DNA of 47,869 nucleotides from Chiloscyllium plagiosum (Eukaryota): assembly GCF_004010195.1 (NCBI RefSeq), contig NC_057752.1:13181969-13229837 (forward strand). The letters run 5' to 3'. The notes beneath the pieces are model-generated. The model ran no database searches, was not told where the DNA came from, and saw nothing but the letters and a program-made list of their open reading frames with translations. The position numbers were made by a program, and so were the translations under genes. Below, one piece after another: positions 33,880 through 45,745 of the stretch (positions within the stretch are counted from its first letter, which is position 1; every line of letters begins with the position of its first letter).

Positions 33880-36800
33880 GTGTTTTGAGGGGGAAACAGG
33901 TCTCTGGCACAGAGTCTGTCCCTGTTGCTCAGAAGGGAAAGGGGGGGGCTGGGTGGAGCAGAGCATTAGTCATTGGGGACTCCGTAGTTAAGGGGACAGG
34001 TAGGAGGTTCTGTGGGAACCGAGAGAGACTCTCTGTTGGCGTGTTGCCTCCCAGGTGCCAGGGTTCACTAATGTCTCTGTTCGGGTTTTCGGGATTCTCG
34101 AGGGGGAGGGGGAGGGGGAGCAGCCCCAAGTCATGGTCCACATAGGTACTACGACGTAGATAGGAAAAGAGATGGGGATTTAAGCAGAAAGTCAGGGAGC
34201 TAGGGTGGAAGCTTAGTGCTAGAACAAACAAACAGTTGTTATCTCTGATTTGTTACCCATGCCACATGCTCACGAGGCGAGGAGTTGGGAGAGAGAGGAG
34301 TTGAACATGTGGTTACAGGGATGGTACAGGAGGGTGGATTTTGGATGCCTGGATAATTGGGGCTCATTCTGGGGTAGGTGGGACCTCTACAAACAGGATG
34401 GTCTACACCTGAACCAGAGAGGTATCAATATCCCGGGGGGCAAATTTGCTAATACTCTTTGGGAGGATTTAAACTAATTTAGCAGGGGGATGGGAACCCA
34501 AATTGTAGTTCGGGTGTAGAGGAGGTTGAGAGTAGGGAGGTCCAAAATAAGGTTTCAGCATCCTGAATAAGGTGGGTGAACTTGCAGCATGGGTTGGTAC
34601 CTGGGACTTCGATGTTGTGGCCATTTCGGAGACATGGATAGAGCAGGGACAGGAACAGTTGTTGCAGGTTCTGGGATTTAGATGTTTCAATAAGAACAGA
34701 GAAGATGATAAAAGCGGGGAAGGATTGTGGCATTGTTAGTCAAAGGCCGTGTTACAGTGGCAAAAAGGACGTTCGAGGACTCATCTACTGAGGTAGTTCA
34801 GGCTGAGGTTAGAAACAGGAAAGGAGAGGTCANNNNNNNNNNNNNNNNNNNNNNNNNNNNNNNNNNNNNNNNNNNNNNNNNNNNNNNNNNNNNNNNNNNN
34901 NNNNNNNNNNNNNNNNNNNNNNNNNNNNNNNNNNNNNNNNNNNNNNNNNNNNNNNNNNNNNNNNNNNNNNNNNNNNNNNNNNNNNNNNNNNNNNNNNNNN
35001 NNNNNNNNNNNNNNNNNNNNNNNNNNNNNNNNNNNNNNNNNNNNNNNNNNNNNNNNNNNNNNNNNNNNNNNNNNNNNNNNNNNNNNNNNNNNNNNNNNNN
35101 NNNNNNNNNNNNNNNNNNNNNNNNNNNNNNNNNNNNNNNNNNNNNNNNNNNNNNNNNNNNNNNNNNNNNNNNNNNNNNNNNNNNNNNNNNNNNNNNNNNN
35201 NNNNNNNNNNNNNNNNNNNNNNNNNNNNNNNNNNNNNNNNNNNNNNNNNNNNNNNNNNNNNNNNNNNNNNNNNNNNNNNNNNNNNNNNNNNNNNNNNNNN
35301 NNNNNNNNNNNNNNNNNNNNNNNNNNNNNNNNNNNNNNNNNNNNNNNNNNNNNNNNNNNNNNNNNNNNNNNNNNNNNNNNNNNNNNNNNNNNNNNNNNNN
35401 NNNNNNNNNNNNNNNNNNNNNNNNNNNNNNNNNNNNNNNNNNNNNNNNNNNNNNNNNNNNNNNNNNNNNNNNNNNNNNNNNNNNNNNNNNNNNNNNNNNN
35501 NNNNNNNNNNNNNNNNNNNNNNNNNNNNNNNNNNNNNNNNNNGTGTTAGGGGCAGGGGTAAATGTAGGGGAATGGGTCTGGGTGGGTTGCGCTTTGGCGG
35601 GTCGGTGTGGACTTGTTGGGCCGAAGGTCACCCTGTTGGGAGTTTTCTATCGGCCTCCGAATAGATCCAGAGATGTAGAGGAAAGGATAGCAAAGATGAT
35701 TCTGGATAGGAGTGAAAGTAACAGAGTAGTTGTTATGGGGGACTTGATAACTTTCCAAATGTTGACTGGAAATACTATAGTTCTAGTACTTTCGATGAGT
35801 CAGGTTTTTGTCCAGTGTGTGCAGGATGGTTTCCTGACAGTATGTCGACAGGCCAAAAAAGGGCAAGGCCACATTGGCTGTGGTACTGAGTAATGAACCA
35901 GACCAGGTGTTAGATTTGGAGGTAGGTGAGCACTTTGGCGATAGTGACCACAATTCGGTTATGTTTACTTTAGTGTGGAAAGGGATAGGTTTATACCACA
36001 GGACAAAGTTATAGCTGGGGGAAAGGCAATTATGAAGTGATGGCAGGATTTAGGATGCACAGGATGGGGAAGGAAACTGCAGGGGATGGGCACAATTGAA
36101 ATGTGGAGCTTATTCAAGGAACAGCTACTGCGTGTCCTTGATAAGTATGTACCTGTCAGGCAGGGAGGAAGTGGTCGAGTGAAGGAGCCGTGGTTTACTA
36201 AAGACGTTGAATCTCTTGTCAAGAGGAAGAAGGCGGCTTATGTTAGGATGAGACGTGAAGGCTCAGTTAGGGTGCTTGAGAGTTACAAGTTAGCCAGGAA
36301 GGGACCCAAAGAGCGTGCTCAGGGGAGCCAGAAGGGGACATGAGAAGTCATTGGCAGATAGCTTTAGGGTTTTTCTTGATCCTTTCTATAGGTAGATCAG
36401 GAACAAAAGAATGACTAAGAGTAGGGTTAGGGCCAATCAAGGATAGTAGTGGGAAGTTGTGCGTGGAGTCTGAGGAGATAGGGGAAGCGCTAAATATATA
36501 TTTTTCATCAGTATTCACACTGGAAAGAGACAATGTTGCCGAGGAGAATACTGAGATACAGGCTACTAGACGAGACGGGATTAATCTTGACTCTAATCTC
36601 CAGCATCTGCAGTACCCACTTCTGCCTAGCTGGGATTGAGGTTCACAAGGAGGAGGTGTTAACAATTCTGGAAAGTGTGAAAATAGATAAATCCCCTGGA
36701 CCACTTGGGATTTATCCTAAGATTTTCTGGGAAGTCAGGGAGGAGATTGCAGAGCCTTTGGCTTTGATCTTTAGACCATCATTGTCTCCAGGAACAGTGC

Positions 36801-38232
36801 CAGAAGACTGGAGGATAGCAAATGTTATTCCCTTGTTCAAGAAGGGGAGTACAGATAACACTGGTAATTATAGACCAGTGAGCCTTACTTCAGGTGTGGA
36901 TAAAGTGTTGGAAAAGGTTATAAGCGATAGGATTTATAATCATTTGAAAAAGGAATTAAGCGGATCAGGGATAATCAACACAGTTTTGTGAAGGGTAGGC
37001 CGTGCCTCACAAACCTTATTCAGTTCTTTGAGATGGTGACCAAACAGGTGGATGAGCGTAAAGCAGTTGATGTGGTATATATGGATTTCAGTAAGGCATT
37101 TGATCAGGTTCCCCATGGTAGGCTATTGCACAAAATACAGAGGCATAGGATTGAGGGTGATGTGGCAGTTTGGATCAGAATTAGCTAGGTGAAAGAAGAC
37201 AGAGGGCGGTGGTTGATGGGAAATGTTCATCCTGGAGTTCAGTTATGAGCGGTGTACCACAAGGATCTGTTTTGGGGCCACTGCTATTTGTCATTTTTAT
37301 AAATGACCTAGATGAGGGCATAGAAGGATGGGTTAGTAAATTTGCGAATGACACTAAGGTTAGGGGGGTTGTGGACAGTGTGGAAAGATATTGCAGGTTA
37401 CAAAGGGAAATAGATAAGCTGCAGAGCTAGGCTGAGAGGTGGCAAATGGAATTTAATGCAGAAAAGGGTGAGGTGATTCACTTTGGAAGAAGAAAACAGG
37501 AATACGGAGTACTGGGGTCATGGTAAGATTCTTGGTAGTGTAGTTAAGCAAAGAGATCTCTGTGTCCACATACATAGATCCCTGAAAGTTGCCACCCAGG
37601 TTGATAGGGTTGTTAAGGAAGCATACGGGTGTTTAGGTTTTATTGATAGAGGGATTGGAGTTTCGGAACCACGAGGTCACGCTGCAGCTGTACAAAACTC
37701 TGGTGCAGCCGCACTTGGAGTATTGCGTACAGTTCTGGTCACCACATTATGGGAAGGATGTGGAAGCTTTGGAAAGGGTGCAGAGGAGATTTACTAGGAT
37801 GTTGCCCTGGTATGGAGGATAGGCCTTAAGAGGAAAGGCTGAGGGACTTGAAGCTGTTTTCATTAGAGAGAAGGTGGTTGAGAGGTGACTTAAAGAGAGA
37901 CATACAAGATAATCAGAGGATTAGATAGAGTGGACAGCAAGAGCCTTTTTCCTCAGATGGTAATGGCTAGCACAAGGGGACATCGCTTTAAATGGAGGGG
38001 TGATAGATATACGACAGATGTCAGAGGTAGTTTCTTTACTCGGAATAGTAGTGGTGTGGAACAGCCTGCCTGCTTCAGTAGTAGACTCACTATCTTGAAG
38101 GGCATTTAAATGGTCATTGGATAAACATATGGATGAAAATGGAATTGTGCAGGATAGATGGGCTTCACACTGGTTCTACAGGTCAGCGCAACATCGAGGG
38201 CCGAAGGGCCTGTTCTGCGCTGTAATGTTCTA
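33880..38232 (+). mobile_element. Long degenerate CR1 LINE (esterase ORF1, APE endonuclease, RT, 3' UTR)
   Basis: ALVIGDSVVKGTGRRFCG and LYKQDGLHLN (SGNH esterase); [63 protein letters not shown]. Interrupted by a gap plus SINE (34833-35626) and a PLE tail fragment (~36582-36631). Confidence 0.93.
34833..35541. other. Assembly gap (N run), followed by a V-SINE 3' fragment (35542-35626)
   Basis: Ns; aggtca occurs on both sides of the gap plus SINE, consistent with a SINE insertion into the CR1. Confidence 0.95.
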
Positions 38233-38572
38233 AACCTTTTCCCTCTCAACTTAAACCTATGCCTTCTAGTTTTGGACTCCCCTACCGTGGGGGGGGGGGG
38301 GGGGGGGGAGGAAAACCTGGTCTATTCACATATTCATGCCCCTCATGATTTTACATACCTCTAAGGTCACCCCTCAGCCTCCAATAGAGCCTATTCAGCC
38401 TCTCCTGGCAACAGTCTTGTAAATTTTTCTGTACCCTTTCAAGTTTCACAACGTCTTTCCTACAGCAGAGAGACCAGAATTGAACACAGTATTCCAAATG
38501 TGGCCCCATTGTCTTGTACAGCCACAACATAACGTTCCAACTCCTATGTTCAATGCACTGACCAGTAAAGGC
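38233..38572 (-). mobile_element. CR1 3' fragment, tail-to-tail with the preceding CR1
   Basis: PHLEYCVQFWSLCCRKDVVKLERVQK; contains a poly-G run at ~38289-38311. Confidence 0.85.
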
Positions 38573-39486
38573 CAGGTTTGGGGCCGGATATTTCATGTGT
38601 GTTGTGTAACAATTTAAGTGACTGTTCAGTGGAAACCAGCCTTCAGATGGATACAGGTCCACTGCATAATTCAAAAAGCACCAGTCATCAAGCGGAGCTT
38701 ACTGCGCTCTCAGTTTAGGAAAAGCCGGAGACTACAGCAGAGCACAAAAAGCAAAAAGCAAGAAAATTGAAGAAGCGAAACGCAAGATAGATTAGAGCAG
38801 GCACTGAATGAGACTTTATTATTCTTGCTTCTCTAGCATTCATGTAGTTTAAAAAGGAGCAGACTGAGCCTGCTCTGTCATTCAATGTGACTGATCTTGG
38901 GATTTCCAACTTCACTGTTCCACCTACTTCCCACATCCCTCGATTCCCCACGACAACATTATTTAAGGCTGAGAAATTTTTGTTCAACCGTGGAGCATTC
39001 ATAACCCTCTGCGGTACAGGATTCTAAAACTTCACAACCCTTTCCTGAAGACATTTCTCATGCTCATCCTAAATGAATGAATGTTTGAGTTCCCAGCAAA
39101 GGGGAATGGTCCTTTTACTAGCCATCTTATTAAGCCTCGTCAGAATCTATGATTCAGTAAGATAAGCCCATTAAGGTGGTGACTTGTCAATGCAAACTAT
39201 AAAAGAAGTAATTGGTTACTCTTCGGAGGGTTGGTGTGGACGTGTTGGGCCGAAAGAAAAAAAAACATGCATTGCTTGCAGCTCAGGTCCATTGATTCCT
39301 TTAACAGCTAAGTAACTGAGGAAATGCGCAACAGCATGGGCCAGCTAAGTTCTCAGGGAAAACATGATAAAGACAGGGCTTTAATCTTAAAAAAATATTG
39401 TGGTTGCTAGAAATCAAAGAAGATTTTTTTTAAAAACTGGAACACTCAGGGCTGAGTATATGAGTGTAAAAAAATTGCAGGATATG

Positions 39487-40815
39487 GGGTAAAAACAATG
39501 ACTGCAGATGCTGGAAACCAGATTCTGGATCAGTGGTGCTGGAAGAGCACAGCAATTCAGGCAGCATCCGAGGAGCTTCGAAATCGACGTTTCGGGCAAA
39601 AGCCCTTCATCAGGAATAAAGGCAGAGAGCCTGAAGCGTGGAGAGATAAGCTAGAGGAGGGTGGGGGTGGGGATAGAGTCGCATAGAGTACAATAGGTCA
39701 GTGGGGAAGGAGATGAAGGTGATAGGTCAGGGAGGAGAGATGGCCTCTTGCAAAAATGCCATCCCGTATTCCCAATTCCTCCGCCTCCGCCGTATCTGCT
39801 CCCAGGAGGAGCGGTTCCACCATAGAACACACCAGATGGCCTCCTTCTCTAGAGACCGCAATTTCCCTTCCCACGTGGTTAAAGATGCCCCCCAACGCAT
39901 CTCATCCACATCCCGCAATTCCGCCCTCAGACTCAACCCCTCCAACCNNNNNNNNNNNNNNNNNNNNNNNNNNNNNNNNNNNNNNNNNNNNNNNNNNNNN
40001 NNNNNNNNNNNNNNNNNNNNNNNNNNNNNNNNNNNNNNNNNNNNNNNNNNNNNNNNNNNNNNNNNNNNNNNNNNNNNNNNNNNNNNNNNNNNNNNNNNNN
40101 NNNNNNNNNNNNNNNNNNNNNNNNNNNNNNNNNNNNNNNNNNNNNNNNNNNNNNNNNNNNNNNNNNNNNNNNNNNNNNNNNNNNNNNNNNNNNNNNNNNN
40201 NNNNNNNNNNNNNNNNNNNNNNNNNNNNNNNNNNNNNNNNNNNNNNNNNNNNNNNNNNNNNNNNNNNNNNNNNNNNNNNNNNNNNNNNNNNNNNNNNNNN
40301 NNNNNNNNNNNNNNNNNNNNNNNNNNNNNNNNNNNNNNNNNNNNNNNNNNNNNNNNNNNNNNNNNNNNNNNNNNNNNNNNNNNNNNGCTCCTCCTGGGAT
40401 CAGATACGGCGGAGGCTGAGGAATTGGGAATACGGGATGGCATTTTTGCAAGAGATAGGGTGGGAAGAGGTGTAATCCAGGTAGCTGTGGAAGTCGGTGG
40501 GTTTGTAGAAAATGTCAGCGTCAAGTCGGTCATCACTGATGGAGATGGAGAGGTCCAGGAAGGGGAGGGAGGTGTCAGAGATGGTCCAGGTAAATTTAAG
40601 GTCAGGGTGGAATGTGTTGGTGAAGTTGATGAATTGCTCAACCTCCTCGCGGGAGCACGAGGTGGCGCCAATGCAGTCATCAATGTAGCGGAGGAAGAAG
40701 TGGGGAGTGGTGCCGGTGTTGTGCTGTTGTGCTCTCGGCAATAAATGTTGGGCAAGTCAGCGAAGCCCATATCCAGAATCTGGTTTCCAGCATCTGCAGT
40801 CATTGTTTTTACCTT
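39487..40815. mobile_element. Rearranged Penelope-like element cluster spanning a gap (39948-40386)
   Basis: Minus-strand 3' end with intact hammerhead (39586-39613). Plus-strand SCKNAIPYSQFLRLRRICS. Minus-strand RT FFLRYIDDCIG..PDLKFTWTISDTSLPFLDL. Plus-strand tail at 40771-40813. Confidence 0.88.
39586..39613 (-). ncRNA. Minimal type I hammerhead ribozyme motif (PLE-associated)
   Basis: RNA: uuc CUGAUGA a GGGC uuuu GCCC GAAAC GUC ga. All conserved core nucleotides present, stem II intact, palindromic ACGU in place of stem III. Activity untested. Confidence 0.75.
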
Positions 40816-40857
40816 TTGCTTCCTAAACTCAAACCAGCAGAAAATTGCTACAAAGTG

Positions 40858-41583
40858 TTGATACTTAATGGCAAGATCCTGGGGAATGTTCCTAAACAAA
40901 GAGACCTTGGAGTGCAGGTTCAGAGTTCCTTGAAAGTAGAGCCGCAGGTAGATAGGATAGTCAAGGCGGCATTTGGTATGCGTTGCTTTATTGGTCAGAA
41001 CATTGAGTATCGGAGTTGGGAGGTGATGTTGTGGCTGTACAGGACATTGGTTAGGCCACTGTTGGAATATTGCGTGCAATTCTGGTCTCCTTCCTATCAG
41101 AAGGATGTTGTGAAACTTGAAAGGATTCAGAAAAGATTTACAAGGATGTTGCCAGGGAGAGGCTGAACAGGCTGGGGCTGTTTTCCCTGGAGCGTCGAAG
41201 GCTGAGGGGTGACCTTATAGAGGTTTATAAAATCGTGAGGGGCATGGATAGGGTAAATAGACAAAGTCTTTTCCCTGAGGTGGGGGGAGTCCAGAGCTAG
41301 AGGGTATAGGTGTAGGATAAGAGGGGAAAAATATAAAAGGGACTTATGGGGCATCTTTTTCACGCAGAGGGTGGTGTGTGTGTGGAATGAGCTGCAGAGG
41401 AAGTGGTGGAGGCTGGTACAATTACAACATTTAAAAGGCACCTGGATGGGTATATGAATAGGAAGGGGTTAGAGGGATATGGGCCAGGTGCTGGTAAATA
41501 GGACTAGATTAGGTTAGGATATCTGGTCAGCATGGATGAGTTGGACCAAAGGATCTGTTTCCGTGCTGTACTTCTATATGACT
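40858..41583 (+). mobile_element. CR1 3' portion
   Basis: LNGKILGNVPKQRDLGVQV..LYRTLVRPLLEYCVQFWSP, plus 3' UTR. Confidence 0.92.
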
Positions 41584-42129
41584 GCCGATATTAGGTAACT
41601 GCAATCACAAATTCCTTCAAATCAACGACAGTAAAGGTCACGAGTTAGGAAGGTGCTGTTGAAGCAGCCTTGGAATGTTGTTGCAGTGCGGCTTGTAGAC
41701 AGGACAGCACAGCACATGGCTAGGATTTGGAATGCACAGGGTGTGTGGTGGAGGCTGATTCAGTCCAGACCTTTAATAAAGAACTGGATAATTATTTGAA
41801 ATACAAGACTACAGGGAAATGGAACTAAATGAGTTTATCTTCCAGTGAGCTAGCACAGATGTGACAGGTCAAATGGACTCCTTACCTAATCCAAATGGAG
41901 TGAGAAAGCTGGTGCACAAACAGCACCATCCCAAAACAGGATGTGATATCAAGCCCAAAAACTATCACACAGTTACTCTTTCAAGATTAAAGGGCCCACA
42001 CTTCAGTTGTGACTCTGAGTATGATCTACACTTCCAAGTAAAAGAAAATAGCTGTGCCCTCTACCCATGCAGAGAAGCAATCCACTATATGGAGTGAAAA
42101 AAAAGAATGAGAGATAAATAAAGAAAATC

Positions 42130-42400
42130 TAAAGATTACTTAATACCTTTCACAACCTCAAAACACTTTACAGTCAATGAAAGCCTTTTGAATGTATCAC
42201 TGTTGGAAATGTGGAGATAGTCAATTTGTGAACAGCAAGCTCCCACAAACAGAAATGAGATCACAAACAGATAATGTTTGAGGGATATACACTGCCTACC
42301 TCTGGCATGAGTGCCAGTCTGGATTTCTGGGCTCTCGTCTCTGGACTGGAATGTGATTGCGCAACATTCTGATTCAGAGCCAAATCTGCCACCCACCAAG
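42130..42400 (-). mobile_element. Deu-domain SINE fragment
   Basis: Reverse complement ctgtttgtgggagcttgctgttcacaaattg..caacagtgatacattcaaaagg..cattgactgtaaagtgttttgaggttgtgaaagg, matching 13585-13730. Confidence 0.65.
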
Positions 42401-43676
42401 TGACAGCTGGCACCCTGCCAGCTTGCGGTCAAATGGGAAATAACCACTCAGGAGATACAATTGGATCCCAGTAGCTCCAATTCACCTGGACTCAGAGGAA
42501 GGTCTGAATCACAGTCTTAACACCACAGAGGAAAGCCACTTTTTCAACTTGATTAGCTCAGGGAGCCAATACTGCAGAGCTCACTGTTGCCTATCCCCTC
42601 TCAGATAGAAAGTCTGTTCGTGCCTCAGGACAGTACTGTAGACTACAAGTGCTTTCTTCTCCCTCCTCAGCACCTAACAAGAGAGAAACAAATCCGCACA
42701 GGAAAACTCCACTTGGCACTTTGCCTGGGGTGGGTTACTTCCAAGCTCAGGAGAGCTTGGAAACAAATCAAGTTCACAGTTTTGGCAAGTTTAACCCTCA
42801 AGCTCCAGTCTGCCATCAGGTCACAGCACATCCTCACTGTAACTTCTGCAGCGCTGGGTCAGCTGGTGCTTGCTGCAGCTCTATTAAACTGTTTCTGAAA
42901 ATTTTATGTCTTTAAAAAGATTCATTACTCAAAGTTCTATTAAAAAGGGTTGTAACATCCTCTTGTACAAGTGTATGTAAAACATTTGTCCCGCCATTTA
43001 ACAATTCCTTGCAATGGTAAAAGTGCTCCTGTCCGCTCTACACAATGACTGCATTGTGCTGCAGCAGGTCACAATAATCCAACAGGAAGTTTTTCCACAG
43101 CATGCTCCCACGCACAGTGGCTGAATTAACGATATACTGAACTGAGACAGTTCTATATTTACAGTTAAACAGCAGTATATTAAGTCATTAAAATATCTCA
43201 TCAGTACTTTACAACACAAATCACCACAAAAGTGCAATGTTGCCAAACAAGGTGCTCCTTTTGCCAAATGATTGATATTCAATGGATCTGTGTTATTGGG
43301 AATTTAAGAGAAAAATGTCTGCACTTCAGAAGTAGAGTACCCTTCATCACAACTCATTCTCAACAACAACCTGAACTGACAGTTGGGATTTCAGCTTGAC
43401 ATGAGGGACAGCAATTTAATCTATGCAGCACTCCCACACAACAACATTGACAGCACAGGGAATTCAAAAGGAGCAAAGTAGTAAAAGGGAGAGAAATGAG
43501 GGAACTTGTTAGAAAGTATGATTCCACAACTTGACAAACGTTTTTCTGAAAGAAGAATGGTGGTAAAGTAAATGTTTGAGCAGAATTCAAATGTGCAATT
43601 GAAAGCTCTACTGCAGTTGGTGACAGAGAAGACAGGGAGGAAGCAAACCAACCCAGAGTGCGTATTCAGGAACATG

Positions 43677-43957
43677 TGGCACGGTGGCACAGTGGTTAGC
43701 ACTGCTGCCTCGCAGCGCCAGAGACCCGGGTTCAATTCCCGCCTCAGGCGACTGACTGTGTGGAGTTTGCATATTCTCCCCGTGTCTGCGTGGGTTTCCT
43801 CCGGGTACTCCGGTTTCCTCCCACAGTCCAAAAGATGTGCAGGTCAGGTGAATTGGCCATGCTAAATTGCCCGTAGTGTTAGGTAAGGGGTAAATGTAGG
43901 GGTATGGGTGTGTTGCGCTTCGGCGGGTCGGTGTGTAATGTAATCTAATTTAATCTA
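43677..43957 (+). mobile_element. V-SINE (HE1-like), young
   Basis: ggcacggtggcacagtggttagcactgctgcctc..ggttcaattccc..gggtttcctccgggtactccggtttcctcccacagtcc. Confidence 0.93.
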
Positions 43958-45224
43958 AAAATCTAATTGCATAAGTAGTGTTGAGCATGGCACTGCAGTA
44001 TTTAAAGCCAGGAAGGATTTGTGTCTATAGACTGGGGGACCAGCCAGGCAGTGAAAGTCAGCAGGGATGGGATTGGGAGCAGCATGGATCATCACGTAAG
44101 ATAGGATCCCAAGCAGCACAGCTCTGGATGAATCAATCAGTCTTGATAGAAGATGGAGCCTGTGAAACAGCTGCCAAGAATATTGGATAAAAAGTGTTAA
44201 TGAATTTAGGAATGATTGAACTAAGAAAGGAAATTGATTGCTCAGGAGGCAGACCAGGTCAAGAGGGAAGGAAGTGAATCTAGTCAACACTGGAAAACAA
44301 AAAGGGCAAACATTCCTAGGAGATAGGAACTGGAAGGGAGGACAGTGGAGTTGAAGTGGACAGATAGCAGAGCAAATCAGCTCAAGATGAGGAATGCTAT
44401 GAATTTCTTTATGCAATATAAAAAGGTTAATCAGTTAAAAAAAAAGACATTTGAGGTTACCCATATTTTCCAGTACGATCCTGTACAAACAGGACGTTGC
44501 GCGAGACAACAAGACAATACTGCTCGAGGTGATCAAACAAGAGAACCTGGATGCATAACTGGTTCAATGACTGACTGCACAAATTATGTATCCTACAATC
44601 AGAGGTTGCAAAGGTGATTGCTGTAACCGGGTAAAAGCTAGTGGTGAGACATAGAAAGTGGAGACAGGTGCCAAAACAGAGGAAAGGCAACTTTTCGTTA
44701 GATCAGCAAAGCAAGCAAAGTCACTTTAGACAGTGTGTTAAGGAGTTGCGTCAATTAAGATTAGATCCTCAAAGTCTAGAATCAGATTTGAAAAATCAAG
44801 CACCTGAGCCTGGGGTGATTCTTTCACAGAGAGCTGAGTTGACACATGAAAATGTACTCTCGTGCTATACTTTCTTGTGAAACAGTGAAGTATAGGCCTG
44901 CTTCAAGTGTTTTATCTTATGCCAAAAGTAAACTGACAGCATTTAAACTAGAAACCCAACACTAAGAAACTTACAATGGCAAGCATTCAAAAGGCTTTCA
45001 GCTTTGTGTATGCAGAGTCAAAAAAGTCAACTCTGAAATCTGTTGTCAAAGCTTTCACCTACTGAAATAAAGGCTCAAATGACTTAAGAAAGTAATTCTA
45101 TCAATGTGCAAATAGGATCTACTTGATACCTATTTCAGCAAGATGATGATGGTACAGTGCAATGTTACTGGACTAGTAAATCAGAGGCCCAGACCAATAG
45201 TATGGGGACATGAGTTCCAATTAT

Positions 45225-45745
45225 GGAGTCAGAGTCGTACAGCACAGAAACAGAGCCTTCAGTCCAACTCATCCATGCAGACCAGATATCCTAAATTACT
45301 CTGGTCCCAGTTGCCAGCATTTGGCCCATATCCCTCTACACCCTTCCCATGTGTGAGAGAGTGTGAGAGAGTGTGAGAGAGTGTGAGAGAGTGTGAGAGA
45401 GTGTGAGAGAGTGTGAGAGATATATATCCTCAAGATTTTAAGCTTTTAAAAGGTCATCCCTCAGCCTCCAACTCTCCAGAATAATAGCCCCAGTCTATTC
45501 AACCTCTCCCTATAGCTCAAACCCTCATCCTGGCAACATCTTGTAAATCTTATCTGAACCCTTTCAAGGTTCACAACTTCCTTCTTATAGCAGGCAGACC
45601 AGAATTGAATGCAGTATCCCAAAAATGGCCTCACCAATGTCCTGTACACTTGCAACATGACATCCCAACTTCTTTACTCAATACACTAACCAATAAAGGC
45701 AAGCGTTCCAAACGCCTTCTTCACTACCCTGTCTAACTGCAATTC
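45225..45745 (-). mobile_element. CR1 3' fragment, apparently nested in an older tRNA-headed SINE (~45145-46040)
   Basis: YRTLVRPFLGYCIQFWS..LERVQIRFTR. The flanks carry tRNA-like pieces (ggtacagtg..ggactagtaa, ggttcaaatcc). Confidence 0.8.
45351..45420. repeat. Perfect tandem repeat (GTGTGAGAGA) x7
   Basis: Seven identical 10-mers read directly from the sequence. Confidence 0.97.

Noticed and set aside
43677..43750. tRNA-like sequences with A/B boxes (also 7140, 17957, 20097, 20295, 33155)
   Set aside because: They continue into SINE bodies and tails; SINE heads, not tRNA genes.
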